This document shows positions 37,881 to 51,080 of a stretch of 64,000 nucleotides of DNA, one piece after another. The notes under the pieces were generated by a model. That model was not told the DNA's origin, ran no database searches, and saw only the letters and a list, made by a program, of their open reading frames with translations. Source of the stretch: Camelus ferus (lineage: Eukaryota); contig NC_045696.1 of the NCBI RefSeq assembly GCF_009834535.1, positions 49,602,001 to 49,666,000 of the forward strand. The letters are read 5' to 3'. How positions within the stretch are numbered: the first letter of the stretch is position 1; each line of letters begins with the position of its first letter. A program made the position numbers and the translations under genes.

Positions 37881-38886
37881 CAGTCATCCCTAGGTATCCG
37901 TGGAAAGATTGGTTCCAGGAATATTTTCATCCATTGTGTCCTTCGGGCTGCTCAAGTTCCTTTGATACAGTGGTGTGGTATTTGCACATAACCTTTTTTT
38001 TTTTCTTTTCCAAATTTATTTAGAAAAACACATTCAGGTCCCAGTAACCCTGTGCCCTTCCCCACCCCAGTCACAATTTAAATAATTTAGAGACAGAGTT
38101 GGGGTCAGGTGGGGGGAGTGTGGGAGAGGGAGGGAGGGATGGATGAGAGCCCACTACACTCCCTCAACGCCCGCTTCTTGTCCTTATTTCCCTTTGCTGC
38201 CAGCTTCTTACCTCACTTGCCTGCGTGCTTCTTGGCCATGGGACCCCTGGCCCCTCACTGGCCCCCAAGGGCCATGGGGTGGGTGCAGGAGGCTGCAGCC
38301 ACGCTGGCCCTCAGCCCTCCAGCTTCTGAGCCCACCTGCAAGCCCATGGATCTCTGCGTGCAGGCGCAGCTGGAGGGGTACCCCTCAACGCCCTCCAAGA
38401 GCAGGCAGCGACTTGGGGTTAGGGTGGATCAGCAGGCACTTGATGGTCATCAACACATGCCACATTCCCAGCTCAGCTGTCCAGTCCCTCTTGAGCACGT
38501 TGACACAGATCTCACCATTGGCGTCCACACTTGGGTGAAAGATCTTGGTCAGGATTCTTGAGTGGGGAGGTAGAAAAGGCCTTCCCCAGCAGAAATTTCA
38601 TGCGGAACAGGCCTCTGGCATATGCGGTCCCCTCGGGTGGCTCAAGCTCCTTTTATAAAATAGTGTGGTATTTGCACATAAGGTACGCACACCTTCTTGT
38701 AGACTTTAAATCATCTCTAGATTACTTACAATACCTACTGCAATGTAAATACTATGTAAATACTTACTGGTGCCTGGCAAATTCAAGTTTGCTTTTTGAA
38801 ACTTTCTGGAATTTTTTCCGAATGCTTCTGACCCAGGGTTGTTTGAATCCTCCAATGAGGAACCCGCAGATACGGAGGGCTGACTG
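37881..38886 (+). mobile_element. MER2/MER2B-type non-autonomous Tigger (TcMar) DNA transposon, split by the UBE2S retrocopy
   Basis: Terminal inverted repeats cagtcatccctaggtatccgtgg (37881) and ccgcagatacggagggctgactg (ends 38886, then TA). Internal MER2 motif ctttaaatcatctctagattactta. Confidence 0.9.
37994..38637 (-). pseudogene. UBE2S: Processed, 5'-truncated and disabled pseudogene of ubiquitin-conjugating enzyme E2 S
   Basis: Minus-strand translation gives [18 protein letters not shown]..., [48 protein letters not shown] and GPMAKKHAGK*GKKLAAKGNKDKKRALR. This matches UBE2S from about codon 50 to the C-terminus. It is intronless, with frameshifts, a deletion and an in-frame stop. The native stop is at ~38154-38156, followed by 3'UTR, AATAAA (tttatt 38015-38020) and poly(A) (T-run from 37994). 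Confidence 0.95.
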
Positions 38887-40067
38887 TATTCAGTAGGAAA
38901 GTGACCCCTCAGTTTAGCCAAGGTCTAGGAACAACTGTTGATGGCACCTTGATGGTGAGGCCCTTTGCACTGTTGCTTCTCCGAGTGCACAGGGACTGCA
39001 GACTCAGGAGAGAAGAGAAAGCCAGTGCCTGGGGGAGTGCCTTCCTGGCTGTCTCCCCTCCCTCCCTTCTGAGTGCTCTCAGAGCTCTCAGGGGGGCTCT
39101 GGGAGACACTGAGAGGCATCTGGCTGCTGAGCTCTAGAAATGCATTTCCCACCGGGTGCTTCTCCAAACATGCTGTGAGGCTGCAGAGTTACCCTCTGAC
39201 GAGTGACACTTCAGGGATGGTTTAGTGGTTTAGGAAATTGATAAAGTCAGAAGGAAGCAAATGAGTTTGATCACAAGTTCTGGGGCCAATCAACATTCTA
39301 GGTCCAGGAAACTGATGGAGATCAGACAGGAAAATGCTGGAGATGAAAGCACCCAGTGTCTTGGCACATCTGGTTCGAGATGTGCTGACTGAAGAAGTGC
39401 CAGGACTAGAAATGTGAGAAGAAACACAGGGTCCTGGGAAAGGGCACTGCTGCGGGGCTTGGGCTGGTTTTCATGGTTTTTTTTTTTTTTTCCTGTTTTC
39501 TTCCCCCCAAAAAGCTGAAATAAAGTTGACCTGAAATAATTCTAGTCATGTGTATATCCTAACTCTGGCACATTCTTTATCATGTTAACTTCTCTTTATT
39601 GCAAAGAACATTCAGTTTACTGGACCCAAACATCATGGTGTTTTTAATTTAAACAGAGGGTCTTGCCAAACCCAGCCCTAAGAGAAATATTTTCATTATC
39701 CAGCTCTTTTATCAACTCCACAGCTCGGGTGTGGCTTCAGTCCCCTGCTTGTCAAGCCTCTGTGCTGCTGAGAAACCAAACACGATGGCCCTGAAACAAG
39801 AAAATACTTTCAATGCATTGGTTTCCACCTGTGTCTGATGTGAGAGACACGCCACAAGGAATGAGTTGCAGAAACAGGGGAGCCAAATTCAGATATTTAT
39901 ATTTAATAGTATTATGTGTGATTTAAAGACAGTATAAGAGCTTTATCATAAGAATTGCTAATAATGTTGACAACCATAGGTATCAGTTATCGAAAAATGA
40001 CTATTGCAGGGCGCTGCTCTGGTGACTTTACAGACGTGTCAACTTCCCTATAACCTTATTAGTAGAT

Positions 40068-40112
40068 ATCATCATCATCGTCGTCGTCGTCGTCGTCATC
40101 ATCATCTTCATC
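40068..40112. repeat. Compound trinucleotide repeat (ATC)4(GTC)6(ATC)3...
   Basis: Read directly from the sequence. Confidence 0.95.
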
Positions 40113-41763
40113 ATATATAAATGAAAGCAAAGAGCAGACAGATCAAAGGGAGATGACTTGACCTATCATTTTGCCAGGTGCCTGGCTGGTCCACACCCTT
40201 AGAAAAAAAACCTCAAGAAGCCTGGTCTAATGTAGTTAGTCGAGACAGTTTCTCTCCATGGATTAAAAAGGTGAGTAACCATGGAAGAGAATCATAGAAG
40301 GGCATGTACTGAGTGAGTCATGAAGAGTGGGAAGATGCAGAGTATGGGTGCTGAGGTGTGATCTGAATTGGATGCAGCCCCAAGCACTCTGATAGCAGAA
40401 ACGATGTTAGAAGAGGACTTTGGAAACTCCCCACGATAGCTAATCCAGGTTTTTGGCAGCCTCTCCCAGATAGTCCTCTAATTGTACATTTTTTAAATGT
40501 CATGCAATTCACGTGCATGGAATCTGGTTTATTTGGAAGGTTAAATAAAAAGGAAAGTTGAGTAGAATGACCCAGAAATGTAATTATAGAACGGGATATA
40601 ATGAAATTTTGGCTTGAGGTTCGATCCAGAGAATAATTATTTTAAATATGTTTTTCTTTAGTGTATAAATCAGCAGCATTCTTATATTTTTCTACAACTG
40701 CATTTATGTTTACACTTTGTTGCCCAGAATCTGTGTTGAGTTTATGAAAATGGGCACTCATTTCTCAATTAAGATGTTTAAATACACCTCACTGCTTTGC
40801 TGTAAAATTAGCCCAGAATTCTCAAAGCCGCTGGTGCAAGTTTTGGAATGCATTTAGCTCTTTTTCAGAGAGAGTGAGCTCCCCCAAAGCAATGCCAAAG
40901 GCAGGAGATCTTTAAGCATAGTGTCCAGCACAGAGCAAGCTCCCGGGCTGACGCTTGTGAGTAACTAGAATGAGGAATCCTGAGAACTGCTATTTGAGAC
41001 GGTGTTCTTGAAGATCTGGTGTTATTTAGTTGTGGACTGGGGAATTACCTATACAGTTGGAGTCCAAATGGATCTGGGCAAGAATCCCCTTTATTATGTA
41101 AACTTTGCGGAGTCCTAGTCTAAGTCTCTGTTAGTCAATTAAGTGGGACTAGAGGGGGAGGAGAGGAAACAGGAAAAGGAAGATAGAAAAGCAAAGTCTT
41201 TCTTTAGTACGGCCCATAGGACAACATTTCAATGTATGGGAAGTCCCTTTCTACTCTTGTAACATATTTCCAAAGTATCTCTGATTTATAGGCTCTGATA
41301 TCTATTTTATATGCCAAATATTAAATTCCTATCTGAGTGCACATTCCTACAGTTATGTCTCACCCTCCAGGTTGATCCAGTGGGGATCTCCCATCAGCAT
41401 CCCCCAAAAGTCCACCTTCCTGAGGGTGACTCTTTCTTTACCAAAATACTGAATCAACTGCAACTTAACTTAGAAACTGAAAGATGTGAAGGAAGGGATT
41501 TGTAATGATTCATCTACCTGGATGTGGAACTTGAAGAATCCAGGTCAGTGTTAAGAGTGTAAAGTAGTCACGGTTCACCCTGGATGTTGCACACGAACTT
41601 CACCTGGCCTCGGCCGTGGGGAAATTTAACAGTATGCGTTTCCTTTAGGTTTGGCAACTGGCCCTGGAGCCAGCGGTAATTATTGTGCTTGCTCCTTCCT
41701 GGTCTTTCTCAGGAAAAGAAGAGAGAAATACATTCTGTCCGAAGAGGCTGAAGACATTTAAGT

Positions 41764-42203
41764 CTTGGAGATATTACGGGATTTGGTTCCAGATCACCAA
41801 AATAAAGTGAATATTACAATGAAACAAGTCACATGACTTTTTTTCTGTTTTTTTGGTTTCCCAGTGCATGTAAAGGTTACATTTACACTATATTGTAGCC
41901 TAGAGTATGCGTTATGTCTCCAAAAAATGTACGTACATTAATTTAAAAATACTGTATTACTAAAAAATGCTAGCCATCATCTGAGCCTTCAGCAAGTTAT
42001 AATCTTTTTATTGGTGGAGGGTTTGAATACCCCAGACATGACACAGATATCCAAAGTGAGCAAATGTTGGAAAAATGGCACTGAGAGACTTGCTTAACAC
42101 AGGGTTGCCACAAACCTTCATTTTATTAAAAAAAAACAAAACAAAACAAAAACAAAAAAACCCACATTGTATCTGTGAAGCATAAGTAAACAAGATATGC
42201 TTG
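41764..42203 (-). mobile_element. Internally deleted Tigger1 derivative
   Basis: Both Tigger1 ends are joined: ggagatattacgggatttggttccagatcacc...catctgagccttcagc and agggttgccacaaaccttca...gatatgcttg, followed by TA. Confidence 0.85.
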
Positions 42204-43307
42204 TATGTTGCTAAGGAAATAAGACAGATTCTTAGCCTAAAAAAGCTTATAGTCAAGCTAAGAAAATTTGGAAAAGTGTGCACAGTTTAAGAGCCAAAAG
42301 AGGAAGAGCCACCACACAGCATAAAAAAGAGACGACAGAAAGGCAAGCCGAGAGTCAGTCCCACGCGGACATACGGGAAGCCCAGACAGAAGGGCTTTGG
42401 GAGAAGACAGCAGCATTCGTCACAGAAGTTCTGAGAAAATGAGTCCTCTATGAAGACAGGGCTGCTTGCGAGTGAAAGCTGTATCTGCTAGTGAAGGAGA
42501 TCTCCACTACGTCGCACAAATAAGGAGTCAATTACTGAAACGGAACCAACATGATTTCTTAAATAAGGATTTATGTTCTTTTTGTCTTATAAAACAATGC
42601 AATTCATGCAGAATATCACTTGAAATTAATCTTCAGCTCTAAACTTTAGACTCAGTTTATGGTATTTCTTTTCTCTTGTTTTCTCACAAAGCGACAGTTA
42701 GTACTGTATCATAAATCAGACCAGTCTTCTCTCAAATGTGAATATTTAGAAGAACAAAGTGGCCAAAGGCACTTTGGTTGCAGATCTCTAGAAACAGTTC
42801 TTTCATTCTCTGTTCATCTCTATGAGATTTCCTTCAATTATGTGCTGTATTTCTTTTTCCTTCTAAAGGATGCTGGCTTGTGATAATTCCATATGCGTCA
42901 TACTCTCCACTTTTTGTTTGATGCCATCTGTTTAACACAATAGAAAAGAATTAGGAGCCCTATCACGTCAGCTGAATTCATCTGATCCCCCTCCAAAGAA
43001 ATATATGGCACTATTCGACTGGGGAAAAATCATGGGTGCTAAATCCTTTAACTAGTTTCAGATGTGAAACACGTGTTTTTCCCATAATGTAGATGTTACA
43101 TGTTCTTTTACATCACTGCCCTCCCTTTTTCCTGGTAAACAGACTAGCTTTTGGCAAATCAAGACCATTTGACAAGCCCTACAAAGTGTGTTTTATAAGC
43201 GCCGGAGTCAGCACAATCTTGGGGAGAGCGCTCAGTTCGCCTGCCTTCACAACCAACCTGCTTCCTTGAAGGAGTCCCATAGCCTCTCATTTTGAAAACA
43301 GATATAC

Positions 43308-43709
43308 TGTCATGGGCTGAATTAGGTCCCCCCACCCACCGCCAATTCATATGTTGAAGTTCAAACTCACAGTAGCCCTGAATGGGACCTTATTTGGAGA
43401 CAGGGACTTAACAAAAGTAATGAAGTTAAAATCAGGCTACCAGGGTGGGCCTAAGCTGATGTGACTAGTGTCCTTACAGAATGGGGAAATTTAGACACAG
43501 ACCCCCAGACCGAGAAAACACCACATGAACATGAAAGCGGTCACCTACAAGCCAAGGAGAGAAGGATGGGACAGCCCTCAGAAGGAGCCAACTTTGCTAG
43601 CTCCTTAACTTCAGAAGTCGACCCCCAAAACTGTAAGACAGTAAATTTCTGTTGTTTAAGCCACCCAGTTTGTGGTACTTTATTACAGGAACCCTAGTCA
43701 GCTAACACA
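43308..43709 (+). mobile_element. MaLR solo LTR (MLT1B-like)
   Basis: tgtcatgggctgaatt start, gaccttatttggagacaggg, taaatttctgttgtttaagccacccagtttgtggtactt, ...aacaca end. Confidence 0.88.
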
Positions 43710-44210
43710 GATAACTATTACACATCCACCTCACTGGGCCATACTGAGGGTTCCGGGAAATATTCCAGGGTCCAACCCAGCTTCAGGGCTGAAGTTGTCC
43801 TTCCTAGAACACTGCAATTGACCGATTTCAGTGAAATTGAGACAATTCAAGCTCTCGTGTGAAATGCACTTCCACCCTCACCATGGTGTCCATGGCCTTA
43901 GGATATCCTGTACAGAGCATCTCTGCTTACTACCCAGGACTCAAGACAGGCCAGTTTGGGCCTAAGAAACCCAAGATCCATTCTGAATCCCTAAAGAAAA
44001 CATGACAGTTTTGTAGACAGACCTGGGCAAAACCTATAACTGAGAAGTTTATGGAGATCATGCTTTCTCCTTGATTCTCTTCCATCATCAGATCCACTTT
44101 TATCCCTCTGCAGTTCTCTTTTGCTCACACGGAGTTCCTTAGTGACTCACCTTTGCATTCACTGTGTCCATCAGGCCACTCATGCAACCTCTCTTTGGCT
44201 ACTCCTCCAA

Positions 44211-44381
44211 TAGTGGTTCTCAAACTTTAATGGCATCAGAATCACTTGAAAGAGCTTTTAAAACTCAGATTATGAAGCCCTAGTCCCAGAGTTTATGATT
44301 CAGTAAGTCTGAGGAAGCACTACCAAGTTTCTGGGTGATACTGATGCTGTTGGTCTGGGGACCACACTCTGAGAACCACTG
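44211..44381 (+). mobile_element. MER5A-type hAT-Charlie element
   Basis: TIRs agtggttctcaaa / tgagaaccactg, plus gcatcagaatcacttg. Confidence 0.85.
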
Positions 44382-47300
44382 CTATGCAATATGACATTTC
44401 TGTTTCAGTTTTCCCTGATTACGTCCCTGCAAGTTCTCAGGCTCCCAAGGTCTCTATGCTTAAAAAAGCTCTGGCTCAGATCATCTTTTGCCTCAGCTAC
44501 ATAGGTCCGCAGCCATCCCCGATGTTGGAATACTTAGGGCAAGGAGCGCAATCAGCTGTGGCCAGTGACGGACAGGGTTGTGTGGCCCCACGTTTAGGGG
44601 CTAGTGCCCCGTCCATTCTGTAGGTTTTATAGGTGGAGCCATGAGCCAAGGGCTCTGACGTGTGTCTAGTTTATGAGATGTGGGCCGAAAGTTTATTTGT
44701 AAGTCAGATATTTGTCACAGTTAGTTCTTACACGTTGGCTTCATAGTACACATTACTAAAAGCCACAGTGTCTCAGAATCAGATTGAAGAGCATCATACT
44801 GAAGGAAAAGCACATTCATAGTCCTGACTCAGGTTGCTCCAAACTCTCATGTCACCGAGATTCTTCAGGTAAATCACAGTGGGCCGGGGCAGACTTGTAG
44901 CTTTGACGGCAAGAGGGTGGGGTCCAACTCAGCAATAGCATCAGAGGTAGAGACCAAATCTACAAGGGATGCTAGTATGTGTTCTTACACGTGGGTAAAT
45001 TAATTGAGTGTGAGTCAAGTTCTGTCCCCTACGGCATACTGAATCTTGGTCCCCGCTCTGGGCCAAGCATAGCGCTATAACATACAGTAGAATGAATGAT
45101 TTCACTTGATCAATGAATAAATGATTATCATCCTTTACATTTGTGTAGTTACTTGGAGTCCTTCCACTGGCATTATCTCTGTCATCATCTTAATGTATGG
45201 AATTTGCTCTGAAGTCATTTTTCAGCTTTTATGATTCAAGCTGATATCCTGTGGCCTGGTGACAGTGATACCACAAGTAAATAAAAGTCTAGTTGCTAAA
45301 ACAATTTCAAAATAGAACTTCTTTACTTATTTCTGAAGAATGATCAAGGGAATCCATTGATCATGGTGATCACTTCTTTTTCATTTCCTTACTTCTCTCC
45401 ATCTGCTTTTCTCACACCCAAGCCTCTTTGGACACTCCCAGGAAAGCTTCCTGCCCACAGCTCCAGCCCACATGCCTCTCATCCTTTTGTATCTTTTCCC
45501 TTTTCTTCCTAGTTTTGTAACAAATTGCATATCAAGTGCCCTCCTAAGGCAGGAAGAGTTTGGAATACCCATGTTTTGCCCCAATACTGAACTTAATTTG
45601 GGAGTTTTATCAGGACTCCCCAATAACAATGCTCTCTTCCCAAGAGCCCATTCTTCTAAGCAGCTTTGCTTTAGCTTTTGAAGTATTTTTGTCAAATCAC
45701 AATTGAATCTTTCAAAGGTGGACACTCACAAAAGGGCTGGGCTCATGTGATGATGAAAATGATCAGTAACTTACCCAAAATGATTCAGTTGAAAGCAATT
45801 CTCTTCAGCTTCTGCTCTGCAGGTGCATTTCTTTCTCCCCACACTCTCAACTCTCAAATTCTTAGGCATGGAAGTTCTGAGGGTTTTTATATTTAATCTA
45901 GAAAAGAATCAAGAGAGCTTTGCAAGGTTTTCTCAAATGGCGCAAACACCCCCCTTAGTGCAGAAGAAATGCAGTCCCTTGTGTTTGAAGTCTGCGGTGG
46001 TGGATGCAGACAGTGGCAGTACCCCTTATAGCACCAAGCTACTCCGGACAAAGGGCTGTGTCGCAATCTCCTATTTTGAATTTATCAAACAAAGAGAGAA
46101 ATGGCTTAGTTCTAGCTCCCTCAGGCAAAATCTCTGTTTACTGATTTAGTATCTCAGGAATGGGACAGGATCCGAGGCCAGGACCAAGGGGTGGTGAGAG
46201 GATTTGAAGGAGAGAGACAAACTATAAAGCTAAAAGTCGCTCCTAGCATCCAAATGACGATAATAATAGAATGTGGAGATAGGCAAGGACTGACTTTGCA
46301 CTTGATAGCAAGTGTTCAGATTTCTACTGAAAATGGCCTTAGATAAACATGAAACCTATTACTCCCAGTTAAATAACCGGTCTTGGAAAGGATGCTAGTT
46401 TCCTGGCAACTGCGTCAAACCTTGATCTAGTCTCACAGCTCGTGGTCCCCAGTTGCAAAATGGAAAGTGAGAGGGAGGAAAAGGAGAGATGCTCTATACC
46501 TGCATGTGTCCGCAGAAATGCTGACTGCTCTTTGAGTTCAAGAGCTCAAGTTCAAGCTTTTAGAATTAATTGAATTTAAGTTTTTATTTTCATTATTCCT
46601 CAATCTGGATTGCTCTCCACCCTCCTCTTCACTGCAGCAAATTCTTGCTTATCTTTTTGGTTTCAATGTAAACATCATTTATGCCAAACAGCCTTCCCCT
46701 GGGTCTCCCCACCCGCCTTTAAACTAGGTGAATTCCTGCTACAGCTTCCGTAGCTCCAAGTGCTGATCCTGGCAGACGACGTATGACACGTCTGCTCCTG
46801 CTCAGTGATTTGTCTGTCTTTCTGATCGATGGTGAGGGCAATGACGCTCTCTGCTTTCCGCACCATTTAGAACAAGTGCTTAGCACACGTGAGGTGATAT
46901 CTAGAGCTTTGGTTTTGTTCTCCGCCTATTCAGAGAGAAGAGAAATTTTGAAATATTTCTATGCATGGTCTCCTCTTTTTTAGGGATCTATATCAATATC
47001 TATTTGCTATTATTGTTTAGTTTGAATTAGTCTTTACACATTAACCTCATGTTACATATGAGCTTGTCTTACTTCCAGTTTTATTTTTTGTTTTTCTTCT
47101 TAGATCCTATCTGCTTTTCCTTCCTCTGTCCCCAGGGGCCATTCCAGGACAGAACTTTCTAAAATTCCAAAGCCCTCTGTACTTCAGAATTTTGAGAATT
47201 CTCGTTTTACGTGTTTATTTCTAGAAACTGTGCTTGCGGGAGTTCTGAGGTCTGTGGCTTCAACTTCAAGGTCATGGGAAAATCCTTACTGTTCAGAAGG

Positions 47301-48332
47301 CGCTTCCTGGAGCCTGGCAATGAGTATGTGCAGATGCTCTACTGGGTGTTAGTAGGAGAGACACCCTTGATTACCTGTGCTTAGAGTACTTCTCCCTGAA
47401 ATGGATCACCTCAGTGGGCAATTTCATCTAAAATGTCCACTTTGCTTTTGAGTTTACTTCTATTTTTCTTAGTAGTGACCGGTTTTTAAAAAGGAAAGAA
47501 TAGAACAAGCATTGCTAGGAGGAAACTGAAGCAGGAGCAAGGTTAAGAGATAAGACAAAACATCTCCTTCAAGTGTGTTCAGGTCTTCAGGTCCAGATTA
47601 TTCAGAAAAAACTTGCAGATCAATCAGGAAGCTCCCAGGGAGAGAAATCTGTTTGAGGGAAACATGCATGACTTTGAACACACCTGCACTCCAGGGACAG
47701 AAAAGTGACCCTGATAGAGAGACGAACAAGCTTGCTGTTGATCCTGAGCAAGAGTCTAGAGCATTAAATCGCCGATTCGCAGGCTGTTGGGTCAGAATTT
47801 CTTGACTTTGTCCCAAAGAAGTTGGTTAAAATCAAGTTTTGTCAAACTGAAAACACTACATCAGGTTGAATACCAAAGAGGAACTTTTATCTCAGTAAGA
47901 CATTTGACAAAGTTTGTTATCATATCACTAAGAACCAGATGGTAAACTGAGGACTATATGAAAGCACAATGGGGTAGATTCAGAGTTGATTGAACAAACC
48001 TATTAAAGGAAATGATTTAGTAGATCCATGTCCTTTGGAAGGAGCTCTCTCACGTGTCATAATGCTCACTCTGCCTGGTATTATGATGATGATAATTTAG
48101 ATGATACTTCTCAAAACTGCCAAAAGCACCAAACTGGGAGGGAAAATGTGTTGGTTAATAAAATCAAGATCAAGATTGAAAGATATTTTAACTGGCAATA
48201 AATTTCATTGCCAACATCCCATGAACTTACAATTAAGGACACATGTGTAGGAAGTAATTTTTATTCATCCAATATTCTATATGTTGATTTAGAAAAATCA
48301 GAAAATACAAACAAGCAAATGGAAGGAATAAT

Positions 48333-48722
48333 TGTCAGTGTGAGAGTCATCAGAACTGTCCACAAAAACTGTAGCTCTCTTTCCTGAGCTCACTGTAAGC
48401 TTACAGTTCCTGACTCCCTTTGAAGTAAGACATGGCTTTGTGATTTCCTTCTAACAACAAAGTAGCAAAAGTGTCATGCAGTGTGTGCAAGTTGTCCCAT
48501 CTTTAATTTCTGCCTCCGTGACAATGGAAGCTTCTGGAGCCTCCATCTGCCTATGTCTCTGAGTGGATCTGATGAGCAGACCCCCTCTCTTGTGACCTTT
48601 GTCGGTTTGCAGCACAAGCCAGAACCCATCGCTTGTTGTTAAGATTTGGCTGTTGCATTAAGTCACTGTGATTTGGAGACTATTTTTTACTGCAACAAAA
48701 CCTAACCTATTTTGATTGATAA
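48333..48722 (+). mobile_element. Old MaLR LTR (MLT1I/J-like)
   Basis: ttcctgactccctttgaagtaagacatggc, gcctccatctgcctatgtctctgagtg, ttaagtcactgtgatttgg...aacctaacctat. Confidence 0.7.
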
Positions 48723-49361
48723 AACTGATATTTCTGAGTACAAAGATGAGATGTGTTTGTGGTAAGTTAACTCCCAGATCTTTAGTACACATGTATCATA
48801 TACACAAAAATTGTAAAAATGCCACCACTCTATTTTGTAACATATTGGCTCACTTCATTATATTTTGAAGTAAATGTGTTTCTACAACATCAATTTTATA
48901 ATTTCAGACATTGAACTCATTACTCAACCAATCCCCTACTGTTAGAACTTTATTATTCCCATTATGTGATAATTAATGCTATAATGACATTCTTTGTCAC
49001 ATCTTTAATATTTTACTTAGAATGAATTTAGGACAATAATATCATAGGAAGAAAGGCTATTGCTTTATTGGGCTTTTATTATCATTTCCAAGTTATCCTA
49101 AAATAAGTGACACAAAGATACAGTCCCACCAGCTGTGTATGAGAAGCCCAGCTCTGCCAGATACTTTTCTACACAGGATATTGGCTATTTTCATTATTAC
49201 CAGTCTAAGTTTGCCAGCACATTTGGAAGCTAGTTTGTTGGAACATTTCATCATGTTTGTGGGCCATTTTATTTCTTTCTTTGTTACTCTATGATTCATG
49301 GCCTTTTTTCTTTTGTCTATTTCAGTTGATTCACAAGATGTTATTTGATATTAAGTCTATT

Positions 49362-49518
49362 GGGAGGCGAGTACAGGTCAGAGGTAGAGTGTATGCTTAG
49401 CAAGCGTGTGATCCTGGGTTCAATCCCCAGCATCTCCGCTGAAAAAACAATAATTAAAAAATAGTAATAAATACAACTTGTTACCTCCTCCCCTCTAATA
49501 TTTTTTAAGTTAAAAAAC
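49362..49518 (+). mobile_element. tRNA-derived SINE (vic-1-like), long form, nested in an L1 fragment
   Basis: B box ggttcaatcccc and a ttacctcc tail segment. 16-bp TSD tgatattaagtctatt (49346-49361) / tgatattaggtctatt (49519-49534). Confidence 0.88.
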
Positions 49519-50884
49519 TGATATTAGGTCTATTAAATCCCTGTTATATATTTTATAAACGTATTTCTTGGTTTCCAACTTTTTAATATTATTTATGATT
49601 CTTCCATATTGAAGTTATAAATTATAGTTAACAAAATATAGCAATATTTTGTACATGACTTATGTCTTTGAAAGTCATGCTTAAAATATCTTCTCAAATC
49701 TCCAAATAAAATATAATATTTTCTTCTAGTACTCTTCTTATTTTTTACATGTACACTTTTAATCCCTCTGGAATGTATTTATGAATACTGAATGTAATAA
49801 GAATCTTTTCTTCCCCACTCAAAAAAAGACCTGGAGTTTTTAACTGACCTAAAACACAACAAGAAGCAAGTAGTGAAGCAAAGAAATTAATACAATTCTA
49901 AACTTCCTTAACAAAAATGTAGGACACACAAAAAAAGGAAGCAAATTCTATTGCATTCTCTACCCATGAGACCACATCTAAAATATTTAGTTTTGGGTTT
50001 TACATCTAAATTGGGATATTGGCAAATTGGAGGATAGTCAGAGAAGGGCAACCAGAATGATAGTGGTTCTGGAAACCCTGTCTTTTGAAGAACAACTCAA
50101 GGAATGTTTTGCTTGGACAAGAGATGGATGTTGATGATGAAAATTACATTTGGATTCAGGAAACAACTGCCATGAAGAAGTACTAGATTCATGCTGTGCA
50201 GTTCTAGATGTCAGCATGCGGTGCATCAAAATGTTCGGCAACGCTTCTTTCTTTTAAATAAAAGGACGAATTTTGTGTCAGTTAGATTTGTTCAAAAATA
50301 GGCTACTGACATTCCCACTAGTGAAGAATTTTAAACAGTGACTAAATGTCATTCTATCAGGGAGTTTATAGAGGAGATCCTTGTCTGGGTTAGGATGTTG
50401 GACCAATAATCTCTAAGGCCCTCTCTAAAATCCTAGATTTTACAATTCTGGACTATGTTTGACCTGTCTGAAAAAAAAGTGGCTTACTAAAAATACCCTT
50501 GTTCCTTTCAAAAATTTAGGTCTGAGTTGTGAAAATGGCTTAAACTGAGAGGTTATGATAGAGCATCAGTTGAGGGGCAGGTGCACTGACTTTGGGCATT
50601 TGTGTACTGGCCCAGGCCCCACCACCCAGTAAGAAGTCTTGCCTGGGCTACAATTTGTCATTCTAAAAAAATGTGCAAAGTGAGCAAAGATATCATTACC
50701 AGACAATCTAAGGGTCCCTTCAAAATCTAAGATATTATAATTCTATGTTTAATAAATAGGTGGAATAAACTACCTAATCAGGTTTCCAGATAGAAACCCA
50801 GATGCCTATTCTAATAAATGCTGATCATTTCAGTGCCTTATCTTAGAGAACCTACAAGCAAGTCCAGAGGTTAAATTCAAGGTT

Positions 50885-51080
50885 CATATATTCATTAGAA
50901 ATGAAAATTTTTAAGAATCTATGGCACACCAGACACTATGCTAGTTATCAGAGATTCAAAGATGATTAAAATGAAGTCTGTGCTCTCAAAGATCTCACAG
51001 TTTAGTAGTGATGACAGCCTAGTAGACTATAATACAATGTGAAAATGGTGTTGAGTGTTTAACTGCTGTAGGTCCAGGGA
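50885..51080 (-). mobile_element. L2 3' end
   Basis: ccagacactatgctag...tgctctcaaagatctcacagtttagt...tataatacaatgtga. Confidence 0.65.

Larger units (their letters stand above)
48255..49800 (-). mobile_element. Old L1 (L1ME-like) fragment
   Basis: T-rich L1 antisense motifs: aaccaatcccctactgttaga, cagtcccaccagctgtgtatgaga, atgtttgtgggccatttt, tttaatccctctggaat. Confidence 0.7.
47830..50450 (+). mobile_element. L3/CR1 LINE (ORF2 RT region and 3' end), interrupted at ~48255-49800
   Basis: Remnant peptides LSKTFDKVCYHI (47891-47926, compare DFSKAFDKV) and TKLGG (~48127). After the interruption, KLEDSQRRATRMIVVLETLSFEEQLKE (50024-50104) is typical of the CR1 ORF2 C-terminus. Confidence 0.8.

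Noticed and set aside
38109..38561. 150-aa and 131-aa plus-strand ORFs
   Set aside because: They are antisense shadows of the GC-rich UBE2S pseudogene.
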